A DNA stretch of 40,345 bases. Origin: Candidatus Iainarchaeum sp. (lineage in GTDB: Archaea; Iainarchaeota; Iainarchaeia; Iainarchaeales; JAZDDZ01). The stretch spans positions 1-40,345 of the forward strand of contig JAZDDZ010000034.1 of the NCBI GenBank assembly GCA_043809245.1. The letters run 5' to 3'. A program made the position numbers and the translations under genes. Shown here in pieces: positions 6,347 to 15,993 of the stretch. The notes below the pieces were generated by a model, which saw only the letters and a program-made list of their open reading frames with translations, ran no database searches and was not told the DNA's origin. Numbering within the stretch: the stretch's first letter is position 1; every line of letters begins with the position of its first letter.

Positions 6347-9300
6347 AAAAAAAAGTAAAGAAAGTTTTGTTGTTGGGCTCTGGTGCCCTGCAAATCGGGC
6401 AGGCAGGCGAAAGTTTATTATGATTCGATTCATTTAAACCGTCTATTCGACTACTCCGGTTCGCAGGCAATCAAGGCGCTCAAGGAAGAGGGCATTGAGG
6501 TTGTCGTTGTAAACCCAAACATTGCAACAGTTCAAACGTCGGAGAATTTTGCTGACAAGGTTTACTTCATTCCCGTGACCCCTTTCTTTGTTGAAAAAAT
6601 TATCGCAAAAGAAAAGCCGCAGGGAATTTTGCTTGGCTTTGGCGGCCAGACTGGATTGAATTGCGGCTTGGAGCTTTCAAAAAAAGGCGTTTTTAAAAAA
6701 TTTGGCGTGAAGGTTTTGGGAACGCAGGTTAATGCGATTGAAAAAACAGAGGACAGGGAATTATTCAACAGGGAATTGAACAAGATTGGCGTCAAGGTGC
6801 CGAAAAGCATTTCCGTGACAAAACAGAAAGCAGCGCTTAATGCCGCGAAAAAAATCCGCTATCCGGTAATTGTACGCGCCGCGTTCGCTTTGGGTGGAAG
6901 GGGCAGCGGAGTCGCGGAAAACGAAAAACAATTAAAGGAACTGACTGAAAAGGTTTTCACGCACAGCCCGCAAATCCTTGTAGAAGAATATCTTGCGGGC
7001 TGGAAAGAGGTTGAATACGAAGTGGTTAGGGACGCGTTTGACAACTGCATTACAGTCTGCAACATGGAGAACTTTGACCCTTTAGGCATTCACACCGGGG
7101 AAAGCATTGTTGTCGCGCCATCGCAAACTTTGACCAACTCCGAGTACCACAAGCTGCGCGACCTCTCAATCAAAGTAATAAGGCATTTCAAAATCGTTGG
7201 AGAATGCAACATCCAGTTTGCCTTGGACCCAAAAAGCGAGGATTACCGCGTAATTGAAGTCAACGCGCGCTTAAGCAGAAGCTCTGCACTTGCTTCAAAG
7301 GCAACAGGCTATCCGCTTGCATTCATTGCAGCAAAGCTAGCGTTAGGGCATTCATTAACGGAACTGCAGAACGCCATCACAAAGAAAACAATGGCTTGCT
7401 TTGAGCCAGCGCTTGACTATATTGTTGTGAAAATTCCAAGGTGGGATCTGCAGAAATTCAGGCTTGTTTCAGACAAGATTGGCTCGGAAATGAAAAGCGT
7501 CGGCGAAGTCATGGCTATAGGCAGGACTTTTGAGGAGGCAATGCAGAAAGCAATCAGGATGCTGCAGATTGGAATGTACGGCCTTGTCGGGAACAGGATT
7601 TTCTTCAAGGAACTTGTGCACGCGTTGAAAAATCCGACTGACAAAAGGGTTTTCGCTGTAATGAATTCCCTGATTCAGGGAAAAAGCGTTGAAGAAATTC
7701 ATTCGCTTACAAAAATAGACAAATGGTTTTTGTTCAAGCTTAAAGGAGTTGTTGACACTAAAAAAAAGCTGAAAAGGCACTCGCTTGCCTCCTTGCCGAA
7801 AGCGCTTTTGCTTGAAGCCAAACAGAAAGGGTTTTCCGACAAGCAGATTGGAATGCTTTTGGGTGAAAAAGACGAATTGAAAGTGAGGGCATTGCGAAAA
7901 AAATTTGGGTTAAGGCCTTTCGTGAAGCAGATTGACACTCTTGCGGCAGAGTGGCCTGCGCAAACCAATTACCTTTACCTAACCTACAATGGGCAGGAAG
8001 ATGATGTTTCCTTTGGGCAAAAAAAGCAGGCAATGGTTTTGGGCTCTGGCGCCTACTGCATTGGCTCAAGCGTTGAATTTGACTGGTGCAGCGTGAAAAC
8101 AGTTCAGGAGCTGAAAAAACTGGGTTACGGCACGATTATGGTCAATTATAACCCTGAAACAGTTTCAACTGATTACGATGAATGCGATAGGCTTTACTTT
8201 GACGAATTAAGCTTTGAAACAGTGCTTGACATTTACGAAAAAGAAAAGCCTTTGGGCATAATTGTTTCAGTTGGCGGGCAGATTCCAAACAACCTTGCAT
8301 TGAAATGCCTTGAAGCGGGATTGAATGTTTTGGGAACCAACCCGAAAAACATCGATAAAGCAGAGGACAGGCATAAATTCAGCAAATTATGCGATTCCCT
8401 TGGAATAGACCAGCCTGAATGGAAAGAATTGAGCACAGAGTCAGAGGCATTGAAATTTGCGGAAAAAACCGGCTACCCTGTGCTTGTAAGGCCAAGCTAT
8501 GTTTTAAGCGGTTCCGCAATGCGCGTTGCATTTTCTCCGCATTCGCTGAAAGAATATCTTGAAAAGGCAACTTCTCTTTCCGCAGAATACCCTGTTGTCA
8601 TGAGCAAATTCATCCTTGATGCAAGGGAAATAGAGATTGACGCTGTTGCAGGAAAAGGCGAATTGCTTGCCTACGCCATAACCGAGCACGTTGAAAACGC
8701 AGGCGTTCACTCAGGCGATGCGACAATGGTTTTGCCTCCGCAGCGCACTTACCTGGAAACAATGAGGCGCATCAAGGAAATAGCTGAACAGCTTGCAAGG
8801 GTTTTGGAAATCACAGGCCCTTTCAACATACAGTTCATTGCAAAAGACAATGAAGTCAAAGTGATTGAATGCAATCTGCGTGCCTCCCGCTCTTTCCCAT
8901 TTGTTTCAAAGGTCTGCGGGAAAAATTTCATTTCAATCGCGGCAAAAGCAATCGTTGGAGAGGAAATTAAGCCAATCGGCAACCCCACAATTGATTTGCC
9001 TCATGTGGGGGTAAAGGCGCCGATGTTTTCCTTTTCACGCCTGCGCGGTGCAGACCCAATTCTTGGCGTTGAAATGGCTTCAACAGGGGAGGTTGGATGC
9101 ATTGGAAAGGACCTAGACGACGCCTATCTCAAGGCAGTAATCTCAACTGGCTTAAGCATTCCGGAAAAAAACATTTTGCTCACAATCAGCGGTGACGAGA
9201 ACCGCTTCAAGCTATTGAACAAGGTAAAGCAGCTCAAGGAAGCGGGCTACCATCTTTTTGCAACAGAGCATACTGCCGCATTCTATAAGCAGAACGGAAT

Positions 9301-9571
9301 TGATTGCACATTGCTTCACAAGATTCAGGAGCAGGGGAAAAAGCCGAATGTTTCCGATTTCATGCGCCAGAAAAAGATTGACTTTGTAATCACTATTCCC
9401 GATGCAAAGAAGCAGATTGATTTGGACCGCAATTATCTGCTGCGCCGCGCAGCTGTTGACCACTCAATTCCGCTTATCACGAACCTTCAGGCTGCAAAGC
9501 TTTTCATTGCCGCGATTCTGAAGAAAAAGGAATCGGATTTGGAAGTCAAGGCCTGGCAGGAATATTTTTAG
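6343..9571 (+). CDS. carB: Carbamoyl-phosphate synthase large subunit, two exons join(6343..6411,6446..9571); start is either ATA 6343 or TTG 6316
   Basis: Exon 1 reads [23 protein letters not shown] and exon 2 reads [16 protein letters not shown].... Two ATP-grasp domains (GIHTGES, GVHSGDA, IEVNARLSRSSALASKATG) and a C-terminal MGS-like domain follow. Confidence 0.93.
6412..6445 (+). other. Putative 34-nt bulge-helix-bulge (BHB) intron in carB pre-mRNA
   Basis: Central helix GGCG(6406-6409)/CGUC(6440-6443), 3-nt bulges AA^A(6410-6412) and UA^U(6444-6446), inner stems GUUUA/UAAAC and AUGA/UCAU. Removal restores [10 protein letters not shown] in frame. Confidence 0.85.
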
Positions 9572-11487
9572 CCTGCGCCGCCTCCGCCGCCACCGCCTCC
9601 TCCCCCTCCGCCGCCGCCAAAGCCGCCTCCGCCCGAGGTTCCTGAAGCGGATGCGAATGAAGAGGAGAAAGATGAAACAGCCGCGCCGAAGCCGGATGAG
9701 CTGAAATTGCTGTAGCTTGCCACGCCCACGAAAATCGAGGAATTATATGTTCCCCTGTAATCCCTGAAAACGTCGTCCATTGCCTTCTGCACTTTTTTTG
9801 CAACGCCCAATGGAATGGAGTAAACCAAATATTTTTCCCACAAGGGAAGCATGTCAGGCGGTATCTCTTTAAGGTTGCTGTATTCGTCCAAAAACTTTTT
9901 CAGCTTCATCCAGCGCGAGTAATGAAGCGCGCCAACTGGCGTCCTGTTGGGAAGGGAGTCGGGGAAAAGCAAAGGGAGGGAAAATGCTTCGATTAAAGCA
10001 AGGAAAAAACCGGCTGTGGAAAGAGTTAAAGAAAACAATAAGATAATGCCACTCCCAAAAAGATATAACAAAATTCCGTCTTTTTTGGAGAAAAAATCGA
10101 GTTTTTCAGCATCTTTTTTGACCGATTTTTGCCAGTCATCCAGGAATATTCGGCTTTCTCTCGGCTTTGCAAGGAGATGTGCCTTAAGTTCTGAAAGCAA
10201 CAATTCGTTGGGCGAGTCATCGGGAACGAATTTTTTGAAAATAAAACCCTTATAGTCACCCTTTGCCGCTTTCACTATGAGTCCAAGCAGCAATGCCTCG
10301 CTATCTGGCAAACCCTCTTGGGAAGCATTTTTAATGTGTATCTTGAATTCTCCTCTTTCGAACAATTCTGCTTTTTTTATTTCCTCAAGCTTTAATTTTC
10401 CCTTAAGGCACAGGTCAAGAAGCTCTCCGGACATTTGTTCGGCAGCTGGTTTTTTTGACCAAAGATGCATTAATGCGTTAACTACTGCAGGGCTATAATC
10501 GTAAGGCACTTCCCTTTCATATATTGACTTGTCTGTGACTTCTGGTTCCCTGCCGAAATAATTCCAAATCAAAGCGAAAAATGCAAGCTGCAACAAAATT
10601 GGAGAAATTATCTCTAAATTTTTTTGAAAGAGATATAAGCCGACCGTGATAGATAGGATAATTAAAAAGGCAATAATCTTCAAAGCCAGCTTCCTTTCCA
10701 AGCCCCACCCAGTTAAATAAACTGGAAATCTAATCGCAAGCGCAACAAATGCGAGAAAGATTAAATAAAAATGCCAGTTCTCCGCCTCAAGTTTGCGCTT
10801 GTTTTCTGCCGCATACCTATTTTCCTCTTCAATTATTTTCTCCAGCCCTGCGCCGCTTTTCACAAAAGCATTGCCGGTTGATGAAAGCAGTTGCACTGGA
10901 AATGCTGCCCTTATTTCCACAAACTGGTTTGCCCTTATCCCAAATGCCTGGAAAAGAATTTTTTTGTTTTCAATTAATCCAATTTTTCCGTTTATTTCAG
11001 GGTGCCCCCATGTGTAAACCTCGTTCGCGTCGTTGACCTCTGAGGGCAGTTCAATCCAGCCGTAAAGTTCATCCAGCCTTACGCCCCAGCTGTCACCCCA
11101 AACCTTCCAGTTTAATTCCGCAACGTCGCTGTATGCGGTTATTGCCCTGCTTAAATTGTATTTCAATGTGAAAGTCCTTTTTTCGTTTGACGCGGAATAA
11201 TGCCATTTGACCCTTTTTCCGCTGCCAGCTTCCAGCAACTCGAATCTCACAGGCATTGTGCCTTCAAGCACCTGCACATCGCTTACCTTCCACGCGCCGT
11301 AAGGGATGTCCCTGTAAGCGAAAGTAAAATCCCCTGAAAAATCAAAAGTGATGTTTTCTTCCGCCTGAACCAGCCCGTCGGGCTGAATTTTAAGGTAAAC
11401 CTCTGCCTTTGGAATGTAATAGGATTTTGCGGATGCAAACGCGAAAAGCAGCAGAAAGAATGCCGCACACAATAACCTTTTGCCCAT
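9568..11487 (-). CDS. DUF2207 family membrane protein
   Basis: Signal peptide, ..I.PDG.V...E.ITFDFSG.F..AYRDIP, YSDVAELNWKVWG, TM helices, LWEKYLVYSIPLGVAKKV and a Ser/Gly-rich tail ending GGGFGGGGGGGGGGGGGGAG. Confidence 0.9.
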   Translation of the reverse strand: MGKRLLCAAFFLLLFAFASAKSYYIPKAEVYLKIQPDGLVQAEENITFDFSGDFTFAYRDIPYGAWKVSDVQVLEGTMPVRFELLEAGSGKRVKWHYSASNEKRTFTLKYNLSRAITAYSDVAELNWKVWGDSWGVRLDELYGWIELPSEVNDANEVYTWGHPEINGKIGLIENKKILFQAFGIRANQFVEIRAAFPVQLLSSTGNAFVKSGAGLEKIIEEENRYAAENKRKLEAENWHFYLIFLAFVALAIRFPVYLTGWGLERKLALKIIAFLIILSITVGLYLFQKNLEIISPILLQLAFFALIWNYFGREPEVTDKSIYEREVPYDYSPAVVNALMHLWSKKPAAEQMSGELLDLCLKGKLKLEEIKKAELFERGEFKIHIKNASQEGLPDSEALLLGLIVKAAKGDYKGFIFKKFVPDDSPNELLLSELKAHLLAKPRESRIFLDDWQKSVKKDAEKLDFFSKKDGILLYLFGSGIILLFSLTLSTAGFFLALIEAFSLPLLFPDSLPNRTPVGALHYSRWMKLKKFLDEYSNLKEIPPDMLPLWEKYLVYSIPLGVAKKVQKAMDDVFRDYRGTYNSSIFVGVASYSNFSSSGFGAAVSSFSSSFASASGTSGGGGFGGGGGGGGGGGGGGAG

Positions 11488-11502
11488 AACCTGAATTGAG
11501 GG

Positions 11503-11521
11503 GAAAGATTTTTTAATAAAA
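11503..11521. promoter_or_regulatory. Compact bidirectional TATA element between divergent, probably leaderless genes
   Basis: GAAAG-ATTTTTTAATAAAA lies centrally in a 51-nt gap between the starts at 11487 (-) and 11539 (+). Confidence 0.45.
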
Positions 11522-11538
11522 CGCGGGTACTTTCTCTT

Positions 11539-12558
11539 ATGCCTTTGTCTTCCAAAGAGAAAAAAATCCTTAAATCAATTGTAGTGGCTTCCGAAAACGA
11601 TCCGCAAAAGCCAGAGTTTCCACCTGAATCGCCAAAATTTCCCGCAACGCCCACTTTTCAAATTGAAGTGCCCGGCTTCTCAAATGTCTGGCTTAAGGAC
11701 GAAAGCATTAACCCGACTGGAACGCACAAGGACAGGATGGCCTGGGAGATTGTGGTTACTTACCGCGATTTTTTGCTTGCGAAAAAAAGAGGTTTGGTGA
11801 AGGAATTGCCGCACATGTCGCTGATTTCCTCTGGCTCAGCTGCCATTGCAATTCAGTCAATGCTCAGAAAATACGGGCTGCCTCGCCTGAAGGTTCTTGC
11901 TGGCAACAGCCTTTCAAAAAACACAGTTAATGCAATGCGGCGCATTGGCTGCAGGATTTACTTGACTGACCTTGGCAAAAAGCCCCTTGCAGGAAATGAA
12001 ATTCTCTTGCTCACACAAAATAAAGGCGGGCTTGACATTACCTCCAGTGAATCCCTTGGCCCTACAACAAGGTTCTATGACTGGATGAGTTATGAAATAA
12101 TCAACAGTTCCCTTGATTACTGCTTCATTCCATTTGGAACAGGCAATTTGTATGAAAATATCCTGAACATAAATAAGAAAGAGGTTACAGGAAAAGAGCA
12201 TGATCCGAGGTTCAGCGGCAAAACCGATATTTTGAGGAACTGCAATTTCATCGGCGCGACAACAAACAATTCCAAAAGCAAGGCTGAGAAGCTTTTTTCT
12301 CCTCACTTGCCCTTCAAGCATTTCAACGAGCAATGGATCAGGTTTTACAGGGATTCGGGTTTTTGCGGAAAGGAATCCTCAGTGCATATCCTCAATGAAA
12401 AATTCTTGAACGAAGCAATTGGATTGGCCGAAACTCAGGGAATCAACTGCGAGCCCTCAGGAATAGCGGGCCTTGCAATGCTGCTGCAGATGAAAAACAA
12501 GCTGCCTAAAAACAGGAAAATGCTTGTTGTGAACACGGGGAAAACAAAATACCCCTAA
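11539..12558 (+). CDS. Fold-type II PLP-dependent enzyme (threonine synthase/TrpB superfamily), function unknown
   Basis: WLKDESINPTGTHKDRMA (PLP lysine), ISSGSAA, IPFGTGNL, CEPSGIAGLA, VVNTG. Confidence 0.8.
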   Translation: MPLSSKEKKILKSIVVASENDPQKPEFPPESPKFPATPTFQIEVPGFSNVWLKDESINPTGTHKDRMAWEIVVTYRDFLLAKKRGLVKELPHMSLISSGSAAIAIQSMLRKYGLPRLKVLAGNSLSKNTVNAMRRIGCRIYLTDLGKKPLAGNEILLLTQNKGGLDITSSESLGPTTRFYDWMSYEIINSSLDYCFIPFGTGNLYENILNINKKEVTGKEHDPRFSGKTDILRNCNFIGATTNNSKSKAEKLFSPHLPFKHFNEQWIRFYRDSGFCGKESSVHILNEKFLNEAIGLAETQGINCEPSGIAGLAMLLQMKNKLPKNRKMLVVNTGKTKYP

Positions 12559-12561
12559 ATT

Positions 12562-13416
12562 TTACCTTAACTCGCCTAATTTTTCCAGCAATCTGTCGCT
12601 GTGCTTCTGTGCCTTGTTCCTGTATGCGCCGAAATAGTTTGCAGATTCCTTAAAGAATTTAATGAATGCCTTCCTGTCCTTCCGGGAAATGATTCTCTCA
12701 AGTTCCTGCGCGGAGCGCATGAACTGCCTTATCGCCTTCAATGCCTTTTTGTTCTGCAGAAGAATGTCCGCGTATAGCTCTGGGTCCTGTGCCATTATTC
12801 TCCCCAAAAGAATCATCCTGGACTTGTAGATAGGCGAGCTGAATTCAAGGCTTTCGTTCAATCCGACCTTAAGCTTTTTCAATGCGTTTCCAGTTGGAAT
12901 AGTGCTGAAGTGCGTCACTCCCTGCACAACAGCCATCATTTCGTCGTGCTTTTTCGCGCTGCAAACTTTCACGCGCGCGCCTTTCCTGCGCAGTAACTTT
13001 TTCATCCAGTTAAGCCATTTTTTTCCGCGCGCAGGGCAAAGCACTACAACCTCGCCTTTAATTCCTGCAGCGCTTGGCCCGAAAACAGGGTGCATTCCAA
13101 AAACTTCTACGCCTTTTTTCGCGCCAGAAAGCATGGCCTTTAAGGGCTCTTCCTTAATTGACGTGAAATCAGCCAGCGCCTTTCCCTTTGAAGCAAACCT
13201 CGCGTATTTTTTGATTGTTTTAACCGTCACGCCGATCGGCACAGAAAAAATCACCAAATCGCTTTTTCCAATCAACTCTTTGGGCTGCAACTTTGTGTGC
13301 CGCCCACTCACAAGAACCTTGCAACCATTTGCCTCAAAAAAGCGCCTGAACCATTTTCCCATTTTCCCGGTTCCGCCGATGATTCCTATAATGGTTTTTT
13401 CAGCCAATCCATTCAC
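12562..13416 (-). CDS. tyrA: Prephenate dehydrogenase
   Basis: IGIIGGTGKMG Rossmann motif, D.TSIK, HPVFGP, HDEMMAVVQGVTHF. Confidence 0.93.
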   Translation of the reverse strand: MNGLAEKTIIGIIGGTGKMGKWFRRFFEANGCKVLVSGRHTKLQPKELIGKSDLVIFSVPIGVTVKTIKKYARFASKGKALADFTSIKEEPLKAMLSGAKKGVEVFGMHPVFGPSAAGIKGEVVVLCPARGKKWLNWMKKLLRRKGARVKVCSAKKHDEMMAVVQGVTHFSTIPTGNALKKLKVGLNESLEFSSPIYKSRMILLGRIMAQDPELYADILLQNKKALKAIRQFMRSAQELERIISRKDRKAFIKFFKESANYFGAYRNKAQKHSDRLLEKLGELR

Positions 13417-14483
13417 TTCCTTTTCCTCGCCTGCTGCTTTTCAAGCGCGTCAATCAAAACCAATGCCATCATCGCTTCCGCAACCGGAACGACTCTAGGC
13501 ACGATGCAGGGGTCGTGCCTTCCATGAACGGAAATCTTTTTGTTCCTTCCCTTTTCGTCAACGGTCCGCTGCTCCAAGGCAATGGAAGCAGTCGGCTTAA
13601 CCGCAATCCTTGCAACTATGTCCTGCCCAGTGCTTATCCCGCCAAGGATGCCGCCTGCGTTATTTGAAAGGAACTTAATTTTTCCCCCAACATTTTTTAT
13701 CTGGTCGTTGTTCTGCGCACCGGTCAATCTCGCAGCGCCAAAGCCCGCGCCGATTTCCACGCCTTTCACTGCGGGAATGCTCATCAGTGCTTTAGCTATT
13801 TGTGCATCAAGCTTGTCAAAGACAGGCTCACCCAAGCCTGCTGGAGCGCCTTTTGCAAAAACCTCAACAATTCCCCCAACAGAGTTGCCTTTTTTCTGCG
13901 CTGCAAGTATTTTTTGCTCCATTTTTTTCGCTGCGCTTTTGTCCGCGCACCTGACCGAATTCCTTTCAATTTCTTTTTCGCTGAATTTTTTCGCCTTCAC
14001 TCCAGAGATTTCCGTGGCATGCGCGATTATGCGAATGCCTTTTTCCGCAAGCATTTTTTTCCCGATTGCCCCCGCGGCAACCCTTCCAATTGTTTCCCTT
14101 CCAGAAGAACGCCCGCCGCCCCTGTGGTCGCGTATGGCAAACTTTTTGAGGTAAGTGAAATCAGCGTGCCCAGGCCTAAACAAATTTTTTATAGCCTCGT
14201 AATCGCCTGAGCGTGCCTCTTTGTTGAATACAACCAATGCGATTGGCGTGCCAAGCGTTTTTCCATTGAATACGCCTGAAAGTACCTGTACTTTATCCTC
14301 TTCTTTTCTCTGCGTGGAGATTTTGCTTTGCCCCGGCTTCCTCCTGTCAAGTTCACGCTGAATGTCCTTTTCGGAAATTTTAACGCCGGCCTTCACTCCG
14401 TCAATAACAACCCCAACCGCTTTTCCGTGGCTCTCCCCGAAAGTCATTATCCGAAAAAATTTCCCGAATGTGTTGCCGCTCAT
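13413..14483 (-). CDS. aroC: Chorismate synthase
   Basis: MSGNTFG..TFGESHG, RPGHAD, RGGGRSSGRET, NNAGGILGGISTG, GRHDPC. Confidence 0.97.
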   Translation of the reverse strand: MSGNTFGKFFRIMTFGESHGKAVGVVIDGVKAGVKISEKDIQRELDRRKPGQSKISTQRKEEDKVQVLSGVFNGKTLGTPIALVVFNKEARSGDYEAIKNLFRPGHADFTYLKKFAIRDHRGGGRSSGRETIGRVAAGAIGKKMLAEKGIRIIAHATEISGVKAKKFSEKEIERNSVRCADKSAAKKMEQKILAAQKKGNSVGGIVEVFAKGAPAGLGEPVFDKLDAQIAKALMSIPAVKGVEIGAGFGAARLTGAQNNDQIKNVGGKIKFLSNNAGGILGGISTGQDIVARIAVKPTASIALEQRTVDEKGRNKKISVHGRHDPCIVPRVVPVAEAMMALVLIDALEKQQARKRK

Positions 14484-15310
14484 TTTTTTCCCTTCTTTAA
14501 TTCCATTAAAACAACCCTTTCCATCAATTTCTTTGGGGCATTTTTTCCCGTGAACAATTCAAACTGCTTTTCCCCTTGCTCAACGAACATTTTCACTCCG
14601 TTGACTGTTTTGCATCCCTTTCTCCTTGCTTCCCGTAATAATTTTGTTTCAAGGGGATTATAAATTATATCGAATACCAGCAGCTTTTTGTGGAGAAGCG
14701 ATGCGTTCAATGGCATTGTGCTTGTTTTTGGATGCATTCCGATTGAAGTTGCGTTAACCAGAACATCAAAGCCTTCAAGCGATTTCATGCTTTTCAGGGC
14801 AACCGCTTTCCCGCCAATTTTTTTTGCCAGGCTTTTTGCCCTTGAAAAAGTCCTGTTCGCAATCGCCACCTTTGCTTTTTTCTGCTTTAATCCGAATGCG
14901 ATTGCCTTTGCAGCTCCGCCCGCTCCGAGAACAAGAGCATTTTTTCCTTTGAGTGAAATTTTTTCCTCAAGCGCGGAAATTGCGCCAAAGCAATCCGTGT
15001 TGTATCCGTAAAGCCTTCCATTGCGGTTCACAACCGTGTTGATTGCGCCGATTCTTTTCGCGAGCGGTTCAACTGAATCCATTAAATGAAGCGCGGTTTC
15101 CTTTAGCGGAATCGTGACACTGTAACCCTTTATGCCTAGGGCTTTCATTAGCCCTATTGCATCTTTTGCTTTATCTGTTTCAAGCGCAAAGTAAACCGCG
15201 TTTATTTTCTTAGCTTTGAACGCAGCGTTGTGCATTTTGGGGCTAAGCGAGTGCCCCAAAGGCTTCCCTATTACTGCAAAAAGAAGAGGCTCTTTTTTCA
15301 TTTTAATCAC
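14480..15310 (-). CDS. aroE: Shikimate dehydrogenase
   Basis: GKPLGHSLSP.MHN, SVTIPLK, IGAINT, NTD, LGAGGAA, NATSIGM, DIIYNP. Confidence 0.96.
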   Translation of the reverse strand: MIKMKKEPLLFAVIGKPLGHSLSPKMHNAAFKAKKINAVYFALETDKAKDAIGLMKALGIKGYSVTIPLKETALHLMDSVEPLAKRIGAINTVVNRNGRLYGYNTDCFGAISALEEKISLKGKNALVLGAGGAAKAIAFGLKQKKAKVAIANRTFSRAKSLAKKIGGKAVALKSMKSLEGFDVLVNATSIGMHPKTSTMPLNASLLHKKLLVFDIIYNPLETKLLREARRKGCKTVNGVKMFVEQGEKQFELFTGKNAPKKLMERVVLMELKKGKK

Positions 15311-15993
15311 AGTTTTTTCAGCATCAATGAAAGCTTTTTTGCATCAAGCTGCCCCTGCGCGGATGCCTTGTCTTTTGAAAGCGAAGCAAAACCAAGGAAA
15401 GCGCCTTCAAGCATTGAAAGCATTCTTGTGTGCCTGCCCTTTTCACCCATCGCAAAAATAATCGAGGGCTTTTTAGCTTTTTTCGCAAGCCTTAGCAGCC
15501 CTAGTATTGCAAGCGTGTCCATCGGGTTTTTTGCGTAAGTCACTATCTTCAAAATATCCGCGCCTTTCACGCGAATCATGCGCTCAAAAAGCTTCTTGAG
15601 CTCTTTCCGCGCAGGGGTTTTCTTGAAGTTATGGTATGAGAGAATAACCTTTGCATTTCCCTTCTTCCGCAGAATTTTTTTTGCAGTGCTGTTTTTTAAC
15701 GCACTGAACTCCAAATCAACCATTCTCGCCCCGAATCCAACCGCTTTCAGAAGGAAGCCAAGCCTTTTTTTTTCGCTTTCCCTGAAATAACCGCCTTCTT
15801 TTCTGCTGCGGTTTGTTACAACAGCCTTTCCCCTGCATGCCTTTATGAGCTTTTCCAGGTTTTCTTCGCTTAAGTCCATTAAATAGTCAATTCGCAGCTC
15901 CACGCATCCAGCCAGTTTTTTTGCTCCTGCAATGTCTTTCAACGCCTCTTTTGTTGTTCTGGCGGTTACAGGCACGCAAACCAATGGCTTCAA
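15307..15993 (-). CDS. aroD: Type I 3-dehydroquinate dehydratase
   Basis: ELRIDYL, TNR..KEGG, ILSYHNFKKTP, ADILK, AMGEKG..TR, A.GQL. Confidence 0.92.
   Translation of the reverse strand: MKPLVCVPVTARTTKEALKDIAGAKKLAGCVELRIDYLMDLSEENLEKLIKACRGKAVVTNRSRKEGGYFRESEKKRLGFLLKAVGFGARMVDLEFSALKNSTAKKILRKKGNAKVILSYHNFKKTPARKELKKLFERMIRVKGADILKIVTYAKNPMDTLAILGLLRLAKKAKKPSIIFAMGEKGRHTRMLSMLEGAFLGFASLSKDKASAQGQLDAKKLSLMLKKL

Noticed and set aside
6383-6445. ORF-track N-terminus of CarB (MPCKSGRQAKVYYDSIHLNRL)
   Set aside because: Artefact of reading through the insertion; the conserved CarB N-terminus ([15 protein letters not shown]) is in another frame.
6412-6445. Group I/II intron, intein or programmed frameshift as the explanation for the carB break
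   Set aside because: 34 nt is far too short for a self-splicing intron, it is not a multiple of 3 (so not an intein), and a simple frameshift would leave about 11 extra residues in a highly conserved motif.
9571-9640. GCC/CCG trinucleotide-like repeat
   Set aside because: It simply encodes the poly-Gly tail typical of DUF2207 proteins.
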